DNA of 52,015 bases from Candidatus Kuenenia stuttgartensis (GTDB taxonomy: Bacteria; Planctomycetota; Planctomycetia; Pirellulales; UBA1268). The translations under genes were made by a program, and so were the position numbers. Under the pieces are notes generated by a model. That model was not told the DNA's origin and searched no databases. It was given only the letters and a program-made list of their open reading frames with translations. The DNA is taken from positions 1 to 52,015 of the forward strand of contig CAMDDA010000003.1 in NCBI GenBank assembly GCA_945890755.1. The letters are read 5' to 3'. Numbering within the stretch: the first letter of the stretch is position 1; the number at the start of each line of letters is the position of its first letter. Of the stretch, positions 37,101 to 47,749 are shown piece after piece.

Positions 37101-38845
37101 GTGCGACGGAGGCCGCCTCGCTCCGCAGTCGGCTCCTGCTCCGCGGCACGAATCTCGTGAAGTCGGGCCAGCCCGGCTTTGGTCGAGTGGCCTATCATCA
37201 TGGTCTCGCCGAACAGCAGGCCGGCCGACCCAGCCGGGCCGAGGAGTTCTTCCGCAAGGCGCTTGCCGCCGACGAACAGGAGCACGGTGAGCGTCATCCC
37301 CTCGTCGCACTCGACATGCTCCGCCTTGCCGATCTCGGCCGCAAGACCGCGGCCACCGACTCGGCGGCCGCCGAGTGGCTCGGCAAGACGCGGGCGGTCT
37401 CTGTCGAGATGCCGACGAGGCAGTCGGCGACGTGGGCAGATGCCCTGCGTCGGCTCGTCGAACTCCATGACGACCGCGGTGAGGCGGACGATGCCCTGCG
37501 GATCATCAAGGCCGCAGTCGATGCCGCGGCCGCTGCCAATGTGGGCACCTCCGCCCAGATGGCCGAACTCCTGGGCGAACGGGCCCGTGCCCATCTGGCC
37601 CGCGGCGACCGGCAGCGGGCTGGCGAAATCCTCTCCGCGGCCGTCGGGCTTGCGACGGCCGCAGCCGGCGGCGGCAGCGCGGAGGCGGTGTGTCTCGCCA
37701 CGCGGCTCGAGCGGGTGCGGGGTCGAGCGGCGGCAGCCGGTCCGAAGCTATCGGAAGCGGAGGCGCTGTCCGCTGCGGCCGACGACGCCCTGGCCGTCGG
37801 TGATCTGGCGGCGGCCCGCGAGAGGCTCGTGCGACTCGGCAAGCTCGTCTGGAAGGAACGGGGCAAGGACGACCCCGCCGTCGCGGCAGTGGCGCTGCGG
37901 CTTGCCGACCTAGCGATGACGTGCGGCGACTTGGCATATGCGCGGACCATGCTTGCCTCGGTGAAGAGCCCTCGCGACCCGCTGCAGACGGCTGAACTGC
38001 GGCTGCTCGAGGCGCGGCTCAGCCTGGAGATGAGCGATTCGGCAGCCGCAACTGCGGCGTTCGAGGTCGCCCAGGCATCGCTTGCGGAGACGATCGACGC
38101 GGCGGACGAGGACGATCCCACCTTCGCTGCCCGGCGAGGCAGGCTGAAGCTTGCCGCGGCCCAGGTCCAGTCGGCGCTCGGTGACGCTGCAAGCGCCCGG
38201 AGCGCATGCCGGGCGATCCGGTCGGCGCTCGTCGGGCAGGATGTCGCCTCGCCGCTCGGGCTGGCGGTGCTCTCGGCCGAAGTCGAGCGTTGTCTGGAAG
38301 ACGGTGATGCCGCTGCGGCGGTTGCCGTCGCGAATGAGGCGGAGCAGGCGGCCCGTGCTGCTGCGGCCGGCAACGCGGTGCTCGGCATCGTCACGGCCGC
38401 CGCCGCGCGGGCCGAGCAGACCGCGGGCATGGCATCGTGGTCGGACCGTGGCCAGACGGCGGCCAAGCTCCTCGAGCCCGTGCTCGCAGGGATGGAGCCG
38501 ACGACGAGCAATTCCGCAGCCATCGCCGCGGTGCATCACCTCGCTGTCGTTCAGGCTGCGGCGGGCAATCGTGATGAGGCTCAGCGGCTGAGTCGCATCG
38601 CCCTGGACGCCGCCGAACGCAGCCTGCCCGCGACCCACATGGAGCGAATCGCCGCGACCGTGGCTGCTGCACGGATTGCCGCAGCCGCCGGCACGATCGC
38701 TGACGCCGAGGCGCTGCTGGCCACCGCGGCGGCATCCGCCCGTGAGCGTCGCAAGGGGATCGAACGCCCCACGCCCTCCGCGGATCGGGAATGGGAGGCC
38801 GTCACCGTCGGTGGCTCGGCGAGCACCTTGCGGACCGACGGCTGA
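34172..38845 (+). CDS. very large exported TPR-repeat protein (about 1550 aa)
   Basis: GAAGGAGG RBS before ATG 34172; hydrophobic signal-like segment; repeated G-x-x-HP motifs (GPTHPST, GEDHPYVA, GASHPDVA, GPDHPVA, GERHPLVA); Ala-rich helical repeats throughout. Confidence 0.78.
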   Translation: MRRWCPRAWNRATAGRPSGPSSGGWTWGLAAAVLCIAVASGLPATALARDVRVEAALEEAAKLHEAGDSEGALGVLRKTTAVIRKEKGASDPDLLPILDMAGLILFEQEKLTEAEGPLSKAVTLREPLLSDRPGQFEVEQASTLLLLGKLHASAGRLDQMVDSLVKAVVMFDSALGAEHERTLQARGELVRAVDLFTQQLGPDHEATIKANEELAKVHETLGDYTAAVATLRARYDGEAQRSGPGAGETLRAATALGRVLALEGKEDDAIAVMTQAAEAAEADRDADAVAVVELLRQLAELHADLEDYSPAEAALDRAHAIDAQTAGSDGVEAALDDLLMERMAALRGDFDPAGDGFARATARFQELAREGDHRAGRGLRLAGDACREAGLTNEAAGFYQTALEADERIMGPQDAGTAEDQLGLGRCLLASGDAEVARPLLEQAAKTLRRKLGPTHPSTLAAMVALASATVKAGQADAAAEMVGRLIDRRVPREGRREDEELARVVDGAAGILSAAGRGKEAEKLRGDFLRLRVRQFGEDHPYVADAYVNLANARQAANAWGDALALYRQGVERREAVLGASHPDVAAALLPMARAHRALKQHAEAVDVLRRALAIWENAAGPDHPVALATVKQLALAQLTAGDRPAAVASMERLLAAYEQDPETPPDDVVKLLSKLAELKHALGEEDAARRHVRRAVEIETSLAGDATTSDQASDLAELARVQRMLGDEEAAQANLQTARAIAAQLADSQAKLQQIEAIASRPAAPQDRDRVDAADATATSVAPKGAGDLAAQAAAKTADRVVEDAWKAFAAGKPEQARAMVEAALGKVMSGGRGEEPIAADLLIAQADMRDTPLDTTAYEQYARALAIREKRLGPAAAPTLVAALRTIGMLLLADPPAAERLLDTVGDRLSSAEGDRTAVAAAVRHAGRIAAAARNPAAAARLADMLVVVGDSATPAPLIEALEATADIARLPEGATEAASLRSRLLLRGTNLVKSGQPGFGRVAYHHGLAEQQAGRPSRAEEFFRKALAADEQEHGERHPLVALDMLRLADLGRKTAATDSAAAEWLGKTRAVSVEMPTRQSATWADALRRLVELHDDRGEADDALRIIKAAVDAAAAANVGTSAQMAELLGERARAHLARGDRQRAGEILSAAVGLATAAAGGGSAEAVCLATRLERVRGRAAAAGPKLSEAEALSAAADDALAVGDLAAARERLVRLGKLVWKERGKDDPAVAAVALRLADLAMTCGDLAYARTMLASVKSPRDPLQTAELRLLEARLSLEMSDSAAATAAFEVAQASLAETIDAADEDDPTFAARRGRLKLAAAQVQSALGDAASARSACRAIRSALVGQDVASPLGLAVLSAEVERCLEDGDAAAAVAVANEAEQAARAAAAGNAVLGIVTAAAARAEQTAGMASWSDRGQTAAKLLEPVLAGMEPTTSNSAAIAAVHHLAVVQAAAGNRDEAQRLSRIALDAAERSLPATHMERIAATVAAARIAAAAGTIADAEALLATAAASARERRKGIERPTPSADREWEAVTVGGSASTLRTDG

Positions 38846-38865
38846 GCGGCCTGCACGATCCGCGG

Positions 38866-40416
38866 CTATTCTGTCGGCTGCGGTTCGGCTGTTGGGGCCG
38901 GCTTCCGCGGCGGCGGGACGGCCTTCTTCGCATCGCCGGCGTTGATCGCCCTGAGGGCGCGGCGGGCCGCCGCGTCGGCCGCATCCTTCGAGGCGACGAG
39001 TTGTGCCGCCAACTTCGACTGTGATTCGGCCTGAGCGAGCGTCGCAGCGAGCAATTCGTGGATCGGCGCTTTCTTGTCGAATCCAGACTCCTCGACCGTG
39101 AGCAGTTCCTTGGCCTCGCGGAGCGCCTCGACGGCGGCCCGCGACTGCCGCTCGGCGGCGGTGACATTCTTGGCGGCGATGCTCTGCCGCATCTCCGCCA
39201 GCGAGATTTCGGCATCGACGATCAACGGCTCCGCGAGGGCTGGATGGCGGGGCTTTTCCGCCGCCCGCAGGTCGGCGATCGCGGTCCCGAGGATCTGCCG
39301 GGCCCGCTCCGGGTCGCCGTGCCGCAGGACCGCCTCGGCCAGGGCCTCCTTGGCCGTGCACCGAATCCGGGCCGCTTCCTTGCGGGCTGCGAGATAGTCT
39401 GCCGTCTCGGGCTCGTCTTCACCGCGCTCAAAGGCGGCGAGCGCCGCATCGCAGGCGGCATCTGCATCGGCCACGGCCTGTTCGAGATACTCGATCGCCC
39501 TGCGGAACTGTCGGTCCGCAGCCTCGGCCCGGGCCGCTGGTGTCTCCGCGATCACTGGCGCGGCGCTCGTGGCATCACCGTCTTCGGTCGCGGCCACCGG
39601 CTCGCCCTCGGCGGCCGGCGCGATCGTGTCGGAGGGAAGCGTGAACGGCAACTTGCCGGCCTCCAGAAAGCGCTTCCCCGTGAGCAGCCGCGGCCGGAAA
39701 CCCCCGAGCATCGCACGAATGTACGGCGAGCGGGCTTCGGGCGACTCTTCCCCGTCGGGAAGCCGGGCCAGCGATGTGTTGCGGGCGTGCTGTGCGATTT
39801 TCGTGATCTTGTCGAGCAGTTCGAACCGCTTGGCCCAGGCGGCGGCATCCATCTCAGGGGCATCCGTGTCGGCCGTCCCGGCTGCCGTGGACATGCGGGA
39901 TGGCTTGGCAATGGCGAGCCCGTGATTGTCGGATCGCACCCGCTCCAGGAGCAGCATCGCCTCTTCGTCGATCAGTGAAAAGTAGAGCAGCGAAAACGGC
40001 AGCACGGCCTTTCCGACCTGCTCCGCATCCGACGATCGCGGCACGCTGGCGGCCAGGGCCCGCTGGAAGTCCTTCGACTTGAAGTACCGTTGGGCGTCGG
40101 CGAGAGACTTTTCCGCATCGCTCAGCATGCCCATTTCTCGTTCCGCGAACATCCGCAGGAGCAAGAGATCGATCATGATCGCCGTCTGCTGTCCCCCTTT
40201 CGGAGGGCGGCCGTTGGGCCGGACGATCTGCTCGAGCTGGCGGGTCTCGGCGACGACTTGCTTGTACTTGCCGTCACGGATCAACTCCTCGATCAGCCGC
40301 CGCTCCACGCCCAGGTCGGTCTGGGCGGTCGCGGGGGCGCACCAGACCGCTGCAAGCAGGGCGACGACGGCGGCGAGGAATCGGGGAAGCGGATGGCGAG
40401 GCTGACGCAGGACCAT
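38866..40416 (-). CDS. exported alpha-helical hypothetical protein
   Basis: Signal peptide ending APATA^Q from ATG 40416; helical/TPR-like composition; last gene of a tightly spaced minus-strand run. Confidence 0.65.
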   Translation of the reverse strand: MVLRQPRHPLPRFLAAVVALLAAVWCAPATAQTDLGVERRLIEELIRDGKYKQVVAETRQLEQIVRPNGRPPKGGQQTAIMIDLLLLRMFAEREMGMLSDAEKSLADAQRYFKSKDFQRALAASVPRSSDAEQVGKAVLPFSLLYFSLIDEEAMLLLERVRSDNHGLAIAKPSRMSTAAGTADTDAPEMDAAAWAKRFELLDKITKIAQHARNTSLARLPDGEESPEARSPYIRAMLGGFRPRLLTGKRFLEAGKLPFTLPSDTIAPAAEGEPVAATEDGDATSAAPVIAETPAARAEAADRQFRRAIEYLEQAVADADAACDAALAAFERGEDEPETADYLAARKEAARIRCTAKEALAEAVLRHGDPERARQILGTAIADLRAAEKPRHPALAEPLIVDAEISLAEMRQSIAAKNVTAAERQSRAAVEALREAKELLTVEESGFDKKAPIHELLAATLAQAESQSKLAAQLVASKDAADAAARRALRAINAGDAKKAVPPPRKPAPTAEPQPTE

Positions 40417-40427
40417 GGCAGGACCCT

Positions 40428-41204
40428 TCACGGGAGCGGCGAAGGCGGAGTGGTCGGAGACGATCGGTGAAGTATAGCCGGCGCGAACAGCGGTCGTTCG
40501 ATGCTGGTCAATGGATCGTCTGCAGCCTGTGCAGGCCGTGGCCCACCGAGCCGGCCGAGCTGGCAGCCGAACGGCTGGCGGGTGAGGGCGGCTAGCGCTG
40601 CATAGGAGATGCGCGTGACGCCGTCGAGCTGGAGTGGCCCGGCATGCCGGGCCAACCCCACGGCGGTGGCCGGCGACGGCGCGTCGATTCCGGGCAGGAA
40701 CAGCGGCCCAGAGTGCGGGGCGAGTGCGGCGGCGACGCGGGAATCGAGATGCGTGAGGCCACCGAGTCGGAGCGGCGCCCGCAGTTCCGCGAGCGCTGCG
40801 GCTGCGGCCGGTGACAGCCGGGCCACACCGTCGAGTGCGAGCGGCCCGCGATGCCGAGCCAACGCCACGGCCAGCGGCACATCCACCGACTCGATCCCGC
40901 CAAGCGACAGGAGTTTGCCATGAGGGGACAACGCGATGGCCTGCACCGGCAAGAGCCAGTGGACCCCGTCGAGCATGATCGGCCCGTCGTGGCGGGCGAG
41001 TTCCCGGGCCGCCGTCAGGGTGATGGTGCCGAACGACTGGAGGTCGAGGGCCTCCCCGGCCTCTGAGTCGAACCCGTGCAGGGTCTCGGCGTCGAGCACC
41101 GCGGCCGCTGGCGGGGCGGCCGATTTCGCGGCTGCGAAGCATCGGGGGACGACCGTCATGAGCACGCCGAGAGCCACGGCCACACCGGTGAGGCGTACGT
41201 TCAT
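40428..41204 (-). CDS. exported protein with seven 23-aa LRR-like repeats
   Basis: Signal-like N-terminus from ATG 41204; repeat consensus L-x-L-x-G-x3-L-x4-A-x-x-LA-x-H-x-GP. Confidence 0.7.
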   Translation of the reverse strand: MNVRLTGVAVALGVLMTVVPRCFAAAKSAAPPAAAVLDAETLHGFDSEAGEALDLQSFGTITLTAARELARHDGPIMLDGVHWLLPVQAIALSPHGKLLSLGGIESVDVPLAVALARHRGPLALDGVARLSPAAAAALAELRAPLRLGGLTHLDSRVAAALAPHSGPLFLPGIDAPSPATAVGLARHAGPLQLDGVTRISYAALAALTRQPFGCQLGRLGGPRPAQAADDPLTSIERPLFAPAILHRSSPTTPPSPLP

Positions 41205-41223
41205 GCCACGCCCGGGCGACTCA

Positions 41224-42189
41224 TCAAAAGAAGTCATCGACGGGCTCTTCGGTCGGTTTTTCCGCAGCGTCCTCGGCTGCAGGCTTGTCAGGGAGCTTTT
41301 CCGGAAGCTTTGCGTCATCGGCCGCCGCGGGCTTGGGCTCGGCAGGCTTGGCCTCATTCGGCCTTGCCGGCGCCGGCGGCTTCGGCGGCCCGCCGGCACC
41401 TGGCTCGCGGTTCTCGACCCGGATGGTGGCGTCCCAGGCACCCACGACGTATTTCTCGACGAGTCCGACCCGCCGCTGGCGATCACCGTCGAGATCCACG
41501 TATTTGAATTCCTTCGTCATTGTTCCGTTGCCGTCGGTGTCGCGGAACGGGTCTTCGAACTCCCACTGGCCCGATGTATTGAGATCCCGCCAGGCCTCGC
41601 TCGAGACCCGGATCGGTCCTTCGATCCCGTCGCTGGGAGCCGGTTCGCCATCCACGGGAACGTACGTGCCATCGGCCTGCCGCTCGCCGGCGAATTGGCC
41701 CGCGGCCCGCATCGCCAGGCTGCCCACGTCGAGCCACATGCCCCCCGCGGGCACCGGAATCCCGGCGAGCAGCGGACACATCGACCAATTGATCAGGATC
41801 GCGCCCAGGAAGAGCGCCCCGGCGAACCCCCCCGCCAGCCCGCCGCCGAGTTGATCGATGAGCGGCATCGGGAGGATCTCCGTGTCGATGAACTTTGGGT
41901 TGGCCAGTTTCCAGACCGCCGTCAGGCTGCCCCAGAAGACCAGCGTGAAGCAGAGGAACACGGCCCAAGGCTGTACGGTGAAGTCGCTCGGCATGAAGAA
42001 CCCGAACGAGTCCATGAACAACGGCCCGATCAGTCCGGCCAGCGGTTCGTGCAGCAGGATCGCGAGAATGAGGGCACCGAGCACTTCCACTCCCGCGACG
42101 GCGGTGGCGAAAAATCCGCGCGAAAGCCCGAGGAACCCGCAGTAGGCGATTCCGAGCAGCACGATGATGTCAAAGGCGATCGCCGGCAT
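41224..42189 (-). CDS. CvpA-family membrane protein with acidic C-terminal extension
   Basis: D-x6-I...G-x-x-RGF first helix, D-x-LGG-x3-G motif and four TMs from ATG 42189; C-terminal Dx[DN]xxG loops. Confidence 0.7.
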   Translation of the reverse strand: MPAIAFDIIVLLGIAYCGFLGLSRGFFATAVAGVEVLGALILAILLHEPLAGLIGPLFMDSFGFFMPSDFTVQPWAVFLCFTLVFWGSLTAVWKLANPKFIDTEILPMPLIDQLGGGLAGGFAGALFLGAILINWSMCPLLAGIPVPAGGMWLDVGSLAMRAAGQFAGERQADGTYVPVDGEPAPSDGIEGPIRVSSEAWRDLNTSGQWEFEDPFRDTDGNGTMTKEFKYVDLDGDRQRRVGLVEKYVVGAWDATIRVENREPGAGGPPKPPAPARPNEAKPAEPKPAAADDAKLPEKLPDKPAAEDAAEKPTEEPVDDFF

Positions 42190-42203
42190 GGTGGCTCTCG
42201 AGG

Positions 42204-43895
42204 CTACGTCGTGACCCGCACCACTTCGCTGATGCTCGTCTGCCCTTTGAGCACCTTGAGGAAGCCGTCGGTCTGCAACGACCGCGTGCCGGCGGCCCGG
42301 GTCGCCGCCTTGAGGTGCTCGATGGACGGGGAGTCGGTGATCAGCTTGCGGATGTCGTCGGTCATGACCATCAGTTCGTGGATCCCGATGCGTCCCTTGT
42401 AGCCGGTGCCGCCGCATTCGGGGCAGCCCTTCTCCTTGTAGATCACCGGCACGGCCTCCGGCTTGAGCCCGAGTCGCTTGAGCAGGTCGGGGGGCGGCGG
42501 ATAGGCCTCCCGGCACTTCATGCAGAGCTTGCGGGCGAGTCGCTGGCCGAGCACGGCGGTGACGGCGGTCTGGATCAGCATCGGATCGAGGCCGAGGTCG
42601 AGCATCCGGGTGATCGTCGAGACGGTGTCGTTGGCGTGGAGCGTCGAGAACACGAAGTGCCCGGTGAGGGCCGCCTGGCAGGCGATCTCGGCCGTTTCCT
42701 TGTCGCGAATCTCGCCGACGAGCAGCACGTCGGGGTCCTGCCGCAACACGCTCCTGAGGATGCTGGCGAACGTGACGCCCGCGGCGGTGTTGACGGCGAT
42801 CTGCGTGATGCCGTCGAGCCGGTACTCGACGGGATCCTCGATCGTCGTGATGTTGTGCTGCTGGGCGTCGATCTCGTTGAGCGAGGCGTAGACCGTGGTC
42901 GTCTTGCCGGAGCCGGTGGGCCCGGTGACGAGGAACATGCCGTAGGGCTTGTGGATGACTTCCTTCAAGGCCTCGAGAATCTGGGTGCGGAGGCCGATGT
43001 TGGCCAGGCCCGCGTTCATCACGCCGCCCGACGAGTTGAGGAGCCGCAGCACCATCTTCTCGCCGTAGCTGGTGGGCGTGCTGGCGGCCCGGATTTCGTA
43101 CTTGTCTTTGCCGAACAGGGCCGAGAACGTGCCGTCCTGTGGCCGTCGCCGCTCGGCGATGTCCATGTCGGAGGCGACCTTGAGTGTCGAGATCATGCCC
43201 TTGCCGGCGGGCATCGTGATGGTTTCGGAATTCTTCAGCACGCCGTCGACCCGCAGTCGCACGAAGAACTCCTTCTCATGCGGCTCGAGATGGACGTCGG
43301 TCGCACCCGCCCCCATCGCTGTCATCAGCATCTTCCGCACGTTGTGGATGTTTTCCGACTGCGTGGCCGAAGTCGCTTCCTGGTTCGCGATCGCCGGCGA
43401 GCCGTCTTTCTTCAAGAGCTTGAACTCCGGCGGCGCCGGCCCGTCGGTCGCCGCGGCGGCCTTTGGCTTGCGGCCGCGGCGGCCACCGAACTTTTCGAGC
43501 AGCGTGCTGAACTGCTGGAGCCGTTCCGCGACGCTCGGCGGCTTGACCTTCTCCTTCGCAGCCTTCGCAGGCCGATTCTTGTTGCTCGCCAACCGCTCCT
43601 GGAGCGACTGTTTGAGCGTCGAGATGAATCGCTTCGTAAGGATCCGCTCGTCGGCCGGCACGGATTTGTCGCGTCGGGCCGTGAACAGGTAGGCGAAGCC
43701 GCCGAGCCCGAGCAGCGAGAGCGGCACGAACGAGGGCCCGAGCCGCCAGGCGCCGACCGGCAGGGCGAAAATCAAGGCCGCGATGCCCGCGTACCAAAGG
43801 TCCATCCTCGGGATCGGGGCCTGGCCCTGTTGGTCATCCATCCAGACGGCGAAGGCGATCGCCGCGGCTGCAATCGCCGCATACAGAGAGAACAT
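42204..43895 (-). CDS. GspE/PilB-family secretion/pilus assembly ATPase with N-terminal TM helices
   Basis: TDVHLEP, RLRVDG, AERRRPQDG, GEKMVLRLL, Walker A GPTGSGKTT, IEDPVEY, LRQDPDVLLVGEIRD, TGH-x-VFSTLH, Zn site CMKC...CPEC. Confidence 0.93.
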   Translation of the reverse strand: MFSLYAAIAAAAIAFAVWMDDQQGQAPIPRMDLWYAGIAALIFALPVGAWRLGPSFVPLSLLGLGGFAYLFTARRDKSVPADERILTKRFISTLKQSLQERLASNKNRPAKAAKEKVKPPSVAERLQQFSTLLEKFGGRRGRKPKAAAATDGPAPPEFKLLKKDGSPAIANQEATSATQSENIHNVRKMLMTAMGAGATDVHLEPHEKEFFVRLRVDGVLKNSETITMPAGKGMISTLKVASDMDIAERRRPQDGTFSALFGKDKYEIRAASTPTSYGEKMVLRLLNSSGGVMNAGLANIGLRTQILEALKEVIHKPYGMFLVTGPTGSGKTTTVYASLNEIDAQQHNITTIEDPVEYRLDGITQIAVNTAAGVTFASILRSVLRQDPDVLLVGEIRDKETAEIACQAALTGHFVFSTLHANDTVSTITRMLDLGLDPMLIQTAVTAVLGQRLARKLCMKCREAYPPPPDLLKRLGLKPEAVPVIYKEKGCPECGGTGYKGRIGIHELMVMTDDIRKLITDSPSIEHLKAATRAAGTRSLQTDGFLKVLKGQTSISEVVRVTT

Positions 43896-44161
43896 CAGCA
43901 GGCCGCCGACCGGAAATCCCGAAAACGACGGGACCTCGTAATTGGCGAACAGGCAGACGGCGGAGATGGCGATGGGTGGGCAGGCAGGCATGAAGCAGTC
44001 GGCGTGCTGCCGGGAAGCCGGTGTCGGCGGCCAGCCCGGGCGGCGGATTCCGGATGGAGGGCGGCGCTGCCCAGGATCAAAGTGTACCGACGCCGACCGG
44101 GGTGCCGCAACGCTGTTCCGCCCCGACGGAGGCACGGCAATCCGCCGGCCTCACGCGTTTC

Positions 44162-45688
<1,527 letters not shown>

Positions 45689-46007
45689 ACCCGGGATGAT
45701 AGCCGCACTGGATGTGAAAACCATGTGCCGCCCGCGGGCGGCCAGGCCCGCATTTCCTGTGATTGTCAGCAGAATCGCTCCGTCCGCCGGAAGCTGTACG
45801 GCCCGCACATGCCTCATCTTTTCCTAACTGGACAGGAGGCAGTGGACTGCCGACGATACATGCATCGTCTTTGATGCGCAACCGGATAGTGGCTGTGAAT
45901 TGCGGACGATCGGACGAGTTCGGCAGACCGGGGTCGGTGTTTTCATCGACTCCGGTCCGCTGGCCCCCTCCCGCTCGCCCGCCCGCCTAACCTAAGGATG
46001 GTGTGAC

Positions 46008-47168
46008 ATGGTGACCAAGGGTCACGATGGCGTTGGATCTGCTGCCCGGACGTGCCTTCGAAGCGGATTCACGCTTGTGGAACTCATGGTGGTGATCGCG
46101 CTTGTCGCGATCCTCGTCGGCCTGCTCCTGCCCGCCGTGCAGGTGGCCCGCGAGTCGGCCCGCCGGTCGCACTGCCTCAACAACGTGCGGCAGATCGCGA
46201 TCGCCATGACGGGCTACGACTCGGCCAACGAGGCACTGCCCGGGTGGCGGAACCGATGGGCCGCCCTTTCGGGCACGGCGTCTGGCACTACCGCGATTGC
46301 CACCTCGTGGACGGTGCCGATCCTGCCGAATCTGGGGAACAAGGAGGCGTTCGACTACTTCGACAACTACACCGCCGCGAGTGACGACATCGGCGAGAAG
46401 AAGATGCCGATCTTCGTCTGCTCGACGGCGGCGGATAGCGCCAGCCAGTTTTCGAAGGCTCCGCTCAGCTACGCGGTGAATGCCGGCACGGGGGCGGAGC
46501 ACACCAACTCAGGCGTCAACTCCTTTGTCGACAACGCGCATAAACAGTTCGTTGCCGACGGCGTGTTTCATGACCGACTGGGATTCGATTACAACGACAA
46601 CGGCTCGTTCGCCGACACCTACGACTACTATCCGGCAACGTCGTCGTTGGATGACGTGGTCGAGGGGAGTGGCGGCAGCTTCACGCTCATGATGGCGGAA
46701 CGGAGCGGCAAAGACGCGATGGCCCGAGAGGCGGGCATCCACTGGACGCCATTGCGATCGGCGGGAAACACATGGAGCCAGGCGCCGGGCTATGTGGTGA
46801 CGGATGCATCCAACGCCAAGACGACGAGCCACATTTTCATGCATCCCAAGAAGATTCTGGGCGCGGGAGAATACCCTGAGAACTCAACGGTTTACCGAGT
46901 GGTCAATCCAGAAACATGCCATGCAGACTTGGATAGTGACGGTAACTGTGATCTCCGGTTCCCAACGTCGCAGCACCGTGGCGACGGTGTCGTGGCGGCC
47001 TTTTGCGACGGCCGGACGATGTTCCTCTCCAGCAAGATCGACTCGTGGGTCTACTGCAGCCTGCTGACCGCCAAGGCGGCCGGGGCCTGCTCGCCCCGAG
47101 CCCGAGCCTGGCAGCTGAAGAACGGGGTGAACTACATCCCGAGTGAAGACGACATTACGGTGAAGTAA
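46008..47168 (+). CDS. DUF1559 prepilin-like protein with H-X9-DG motif (paralog of 32886..34106)
   Basis: SG^[54 protein letters not shown]. Confidence 0.92.
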   Translation: MVTKGHDGVGSAARTCLRSGFTLVELMVVIALVAILVGLLLPAVQVARESARRSHCLNNVRQIAIAMTGYDSANEALPGWRNRWAALSGTASGTTAIATSWTVPILPNLGNKEAFDYFDNYTAASDDIGEKKMPIFVCSTAADSASQFSKAPLSYAVNAGTGAEHTNSGVNSFVDNAHKQFVADGVFHDRLGFDYNDNGSFADTYDYYPATSSLDDVVEGSGGSFTLMMAERSGKDAMAREAGIHWTPLRSAGNTWSQAPGYVVTDASNAKTTSHIFMHPKKILGAGEYPENSTVYRVVNPETCHADLDSDGNCDLRFPTSQHRGDGVVAAFCDGRTMFLSSKIDSWVYCSLLTAKAAGACSPRARAWQLKNGVNYIPSEDDITVK

Positions 47169-47180
47169 TCGCGGGCCCTC

Positions 47181-47231
47181 CGTGACGGGCATTCCCGTCA
47201 CGCCGTGACAGGCTGTGCATTCCTGTCACGG
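47181..47231. repeat. tandem hairpins / degenerate REP cluster between convergent genes
   Basis: CGTGACGGG-CATT-CCCGTCACG followed by CCGTGACAGG-N9-CCTGTCACGG; arms match the REP at 49100-49124. Confidence 0.6.
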
Positions 47232-47241
47232 CTTGACCGGG

Positions 47242-47709
47242 CTACTTCACGTCGATCAGCTCCACGAGGAAGTGGAGCGTGGCATTCGGCGGGATCGGGC
47301 CGCCGGGAGTGCCGCGGGGACCGTAGCCGAGGTCGCTGGGGATCACGAGCTCGATCATCCCGCCCGTGCCCACCAGCTGCATGCCTTCGGTCCAGCCCGG
47401 GATCACCTGGTTGAGACCGAACTCGATCGGCTCCCGCCGCTCGTACGAGCTGTCGAACACCTTCCCGTTGTCGAGCCAGCCGTGGTAGTTCACCTTCACG
47501 GTGTTCGTCGCCTTGGGATTGGCGCCGGTCCCCTTGCGAAGCACGCGGTATTGCAGGCCCGAGGCGGTCTTCTCGAAGGCCTTCGGGGCATCGGCGTCGA
47601 GCTTGCCGGCGCCGGCGGGGAGGGCGGGATGGGGAACGTCTTGGGCCACGGTCGTCTCCAGTGTGAAAAGGCAGAGGGCGGTCAGAAGAATTGCGGTGAG
47701 CATGCGCAT
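47242..47709 (-). CDS. FKBP-type peptidyl-prolyl isomerase with signal peptide
   Basis: TASGLQY, V-x-VNYHG-x-L-x-x-G-x-VFDSS, VIPGWTEG, IPS-x-LGYG, IPPNATL-x-F-x-VEL. Confidence 0.95.
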   Translation of the reverse strand: MRMLTAILLTALCLFTLETTVAQDVPHPALPAGAGKLDADAPKAFEKTASGLQYRVLRKGTGANPKATNTVKVNYHGWLDNGKVFDSSYERREPIEFGLNQVIPGWTEGMQLVGTGGMIELVIPSDLGYGPRGTPGGPIPPNATLHFLVELIDVK

Positions 47710-47749
47710 GTCGGGCCTCCGATGGGGTGAGGCGATAGTATGCGCGAGA

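Noticed and set aside
34073-37594. 1173-aa minus-strand ORF
   Set aside because: Antisense shadow of the TPR gene, typical of high-GC DNA; no motifs.
40417-41142. N-terminal extension of the 758-aa ORF
   Set aside because: Overlaps the repeat-protein gene in another frame; the signal peptide begins at 40416.
45890-45904. Sigma-54-like TGGCTGTGAATTGC upstream of the 46008 prepilin
   Set aside because: GG-to-GC spacing is 9 nt rather than the required 10.
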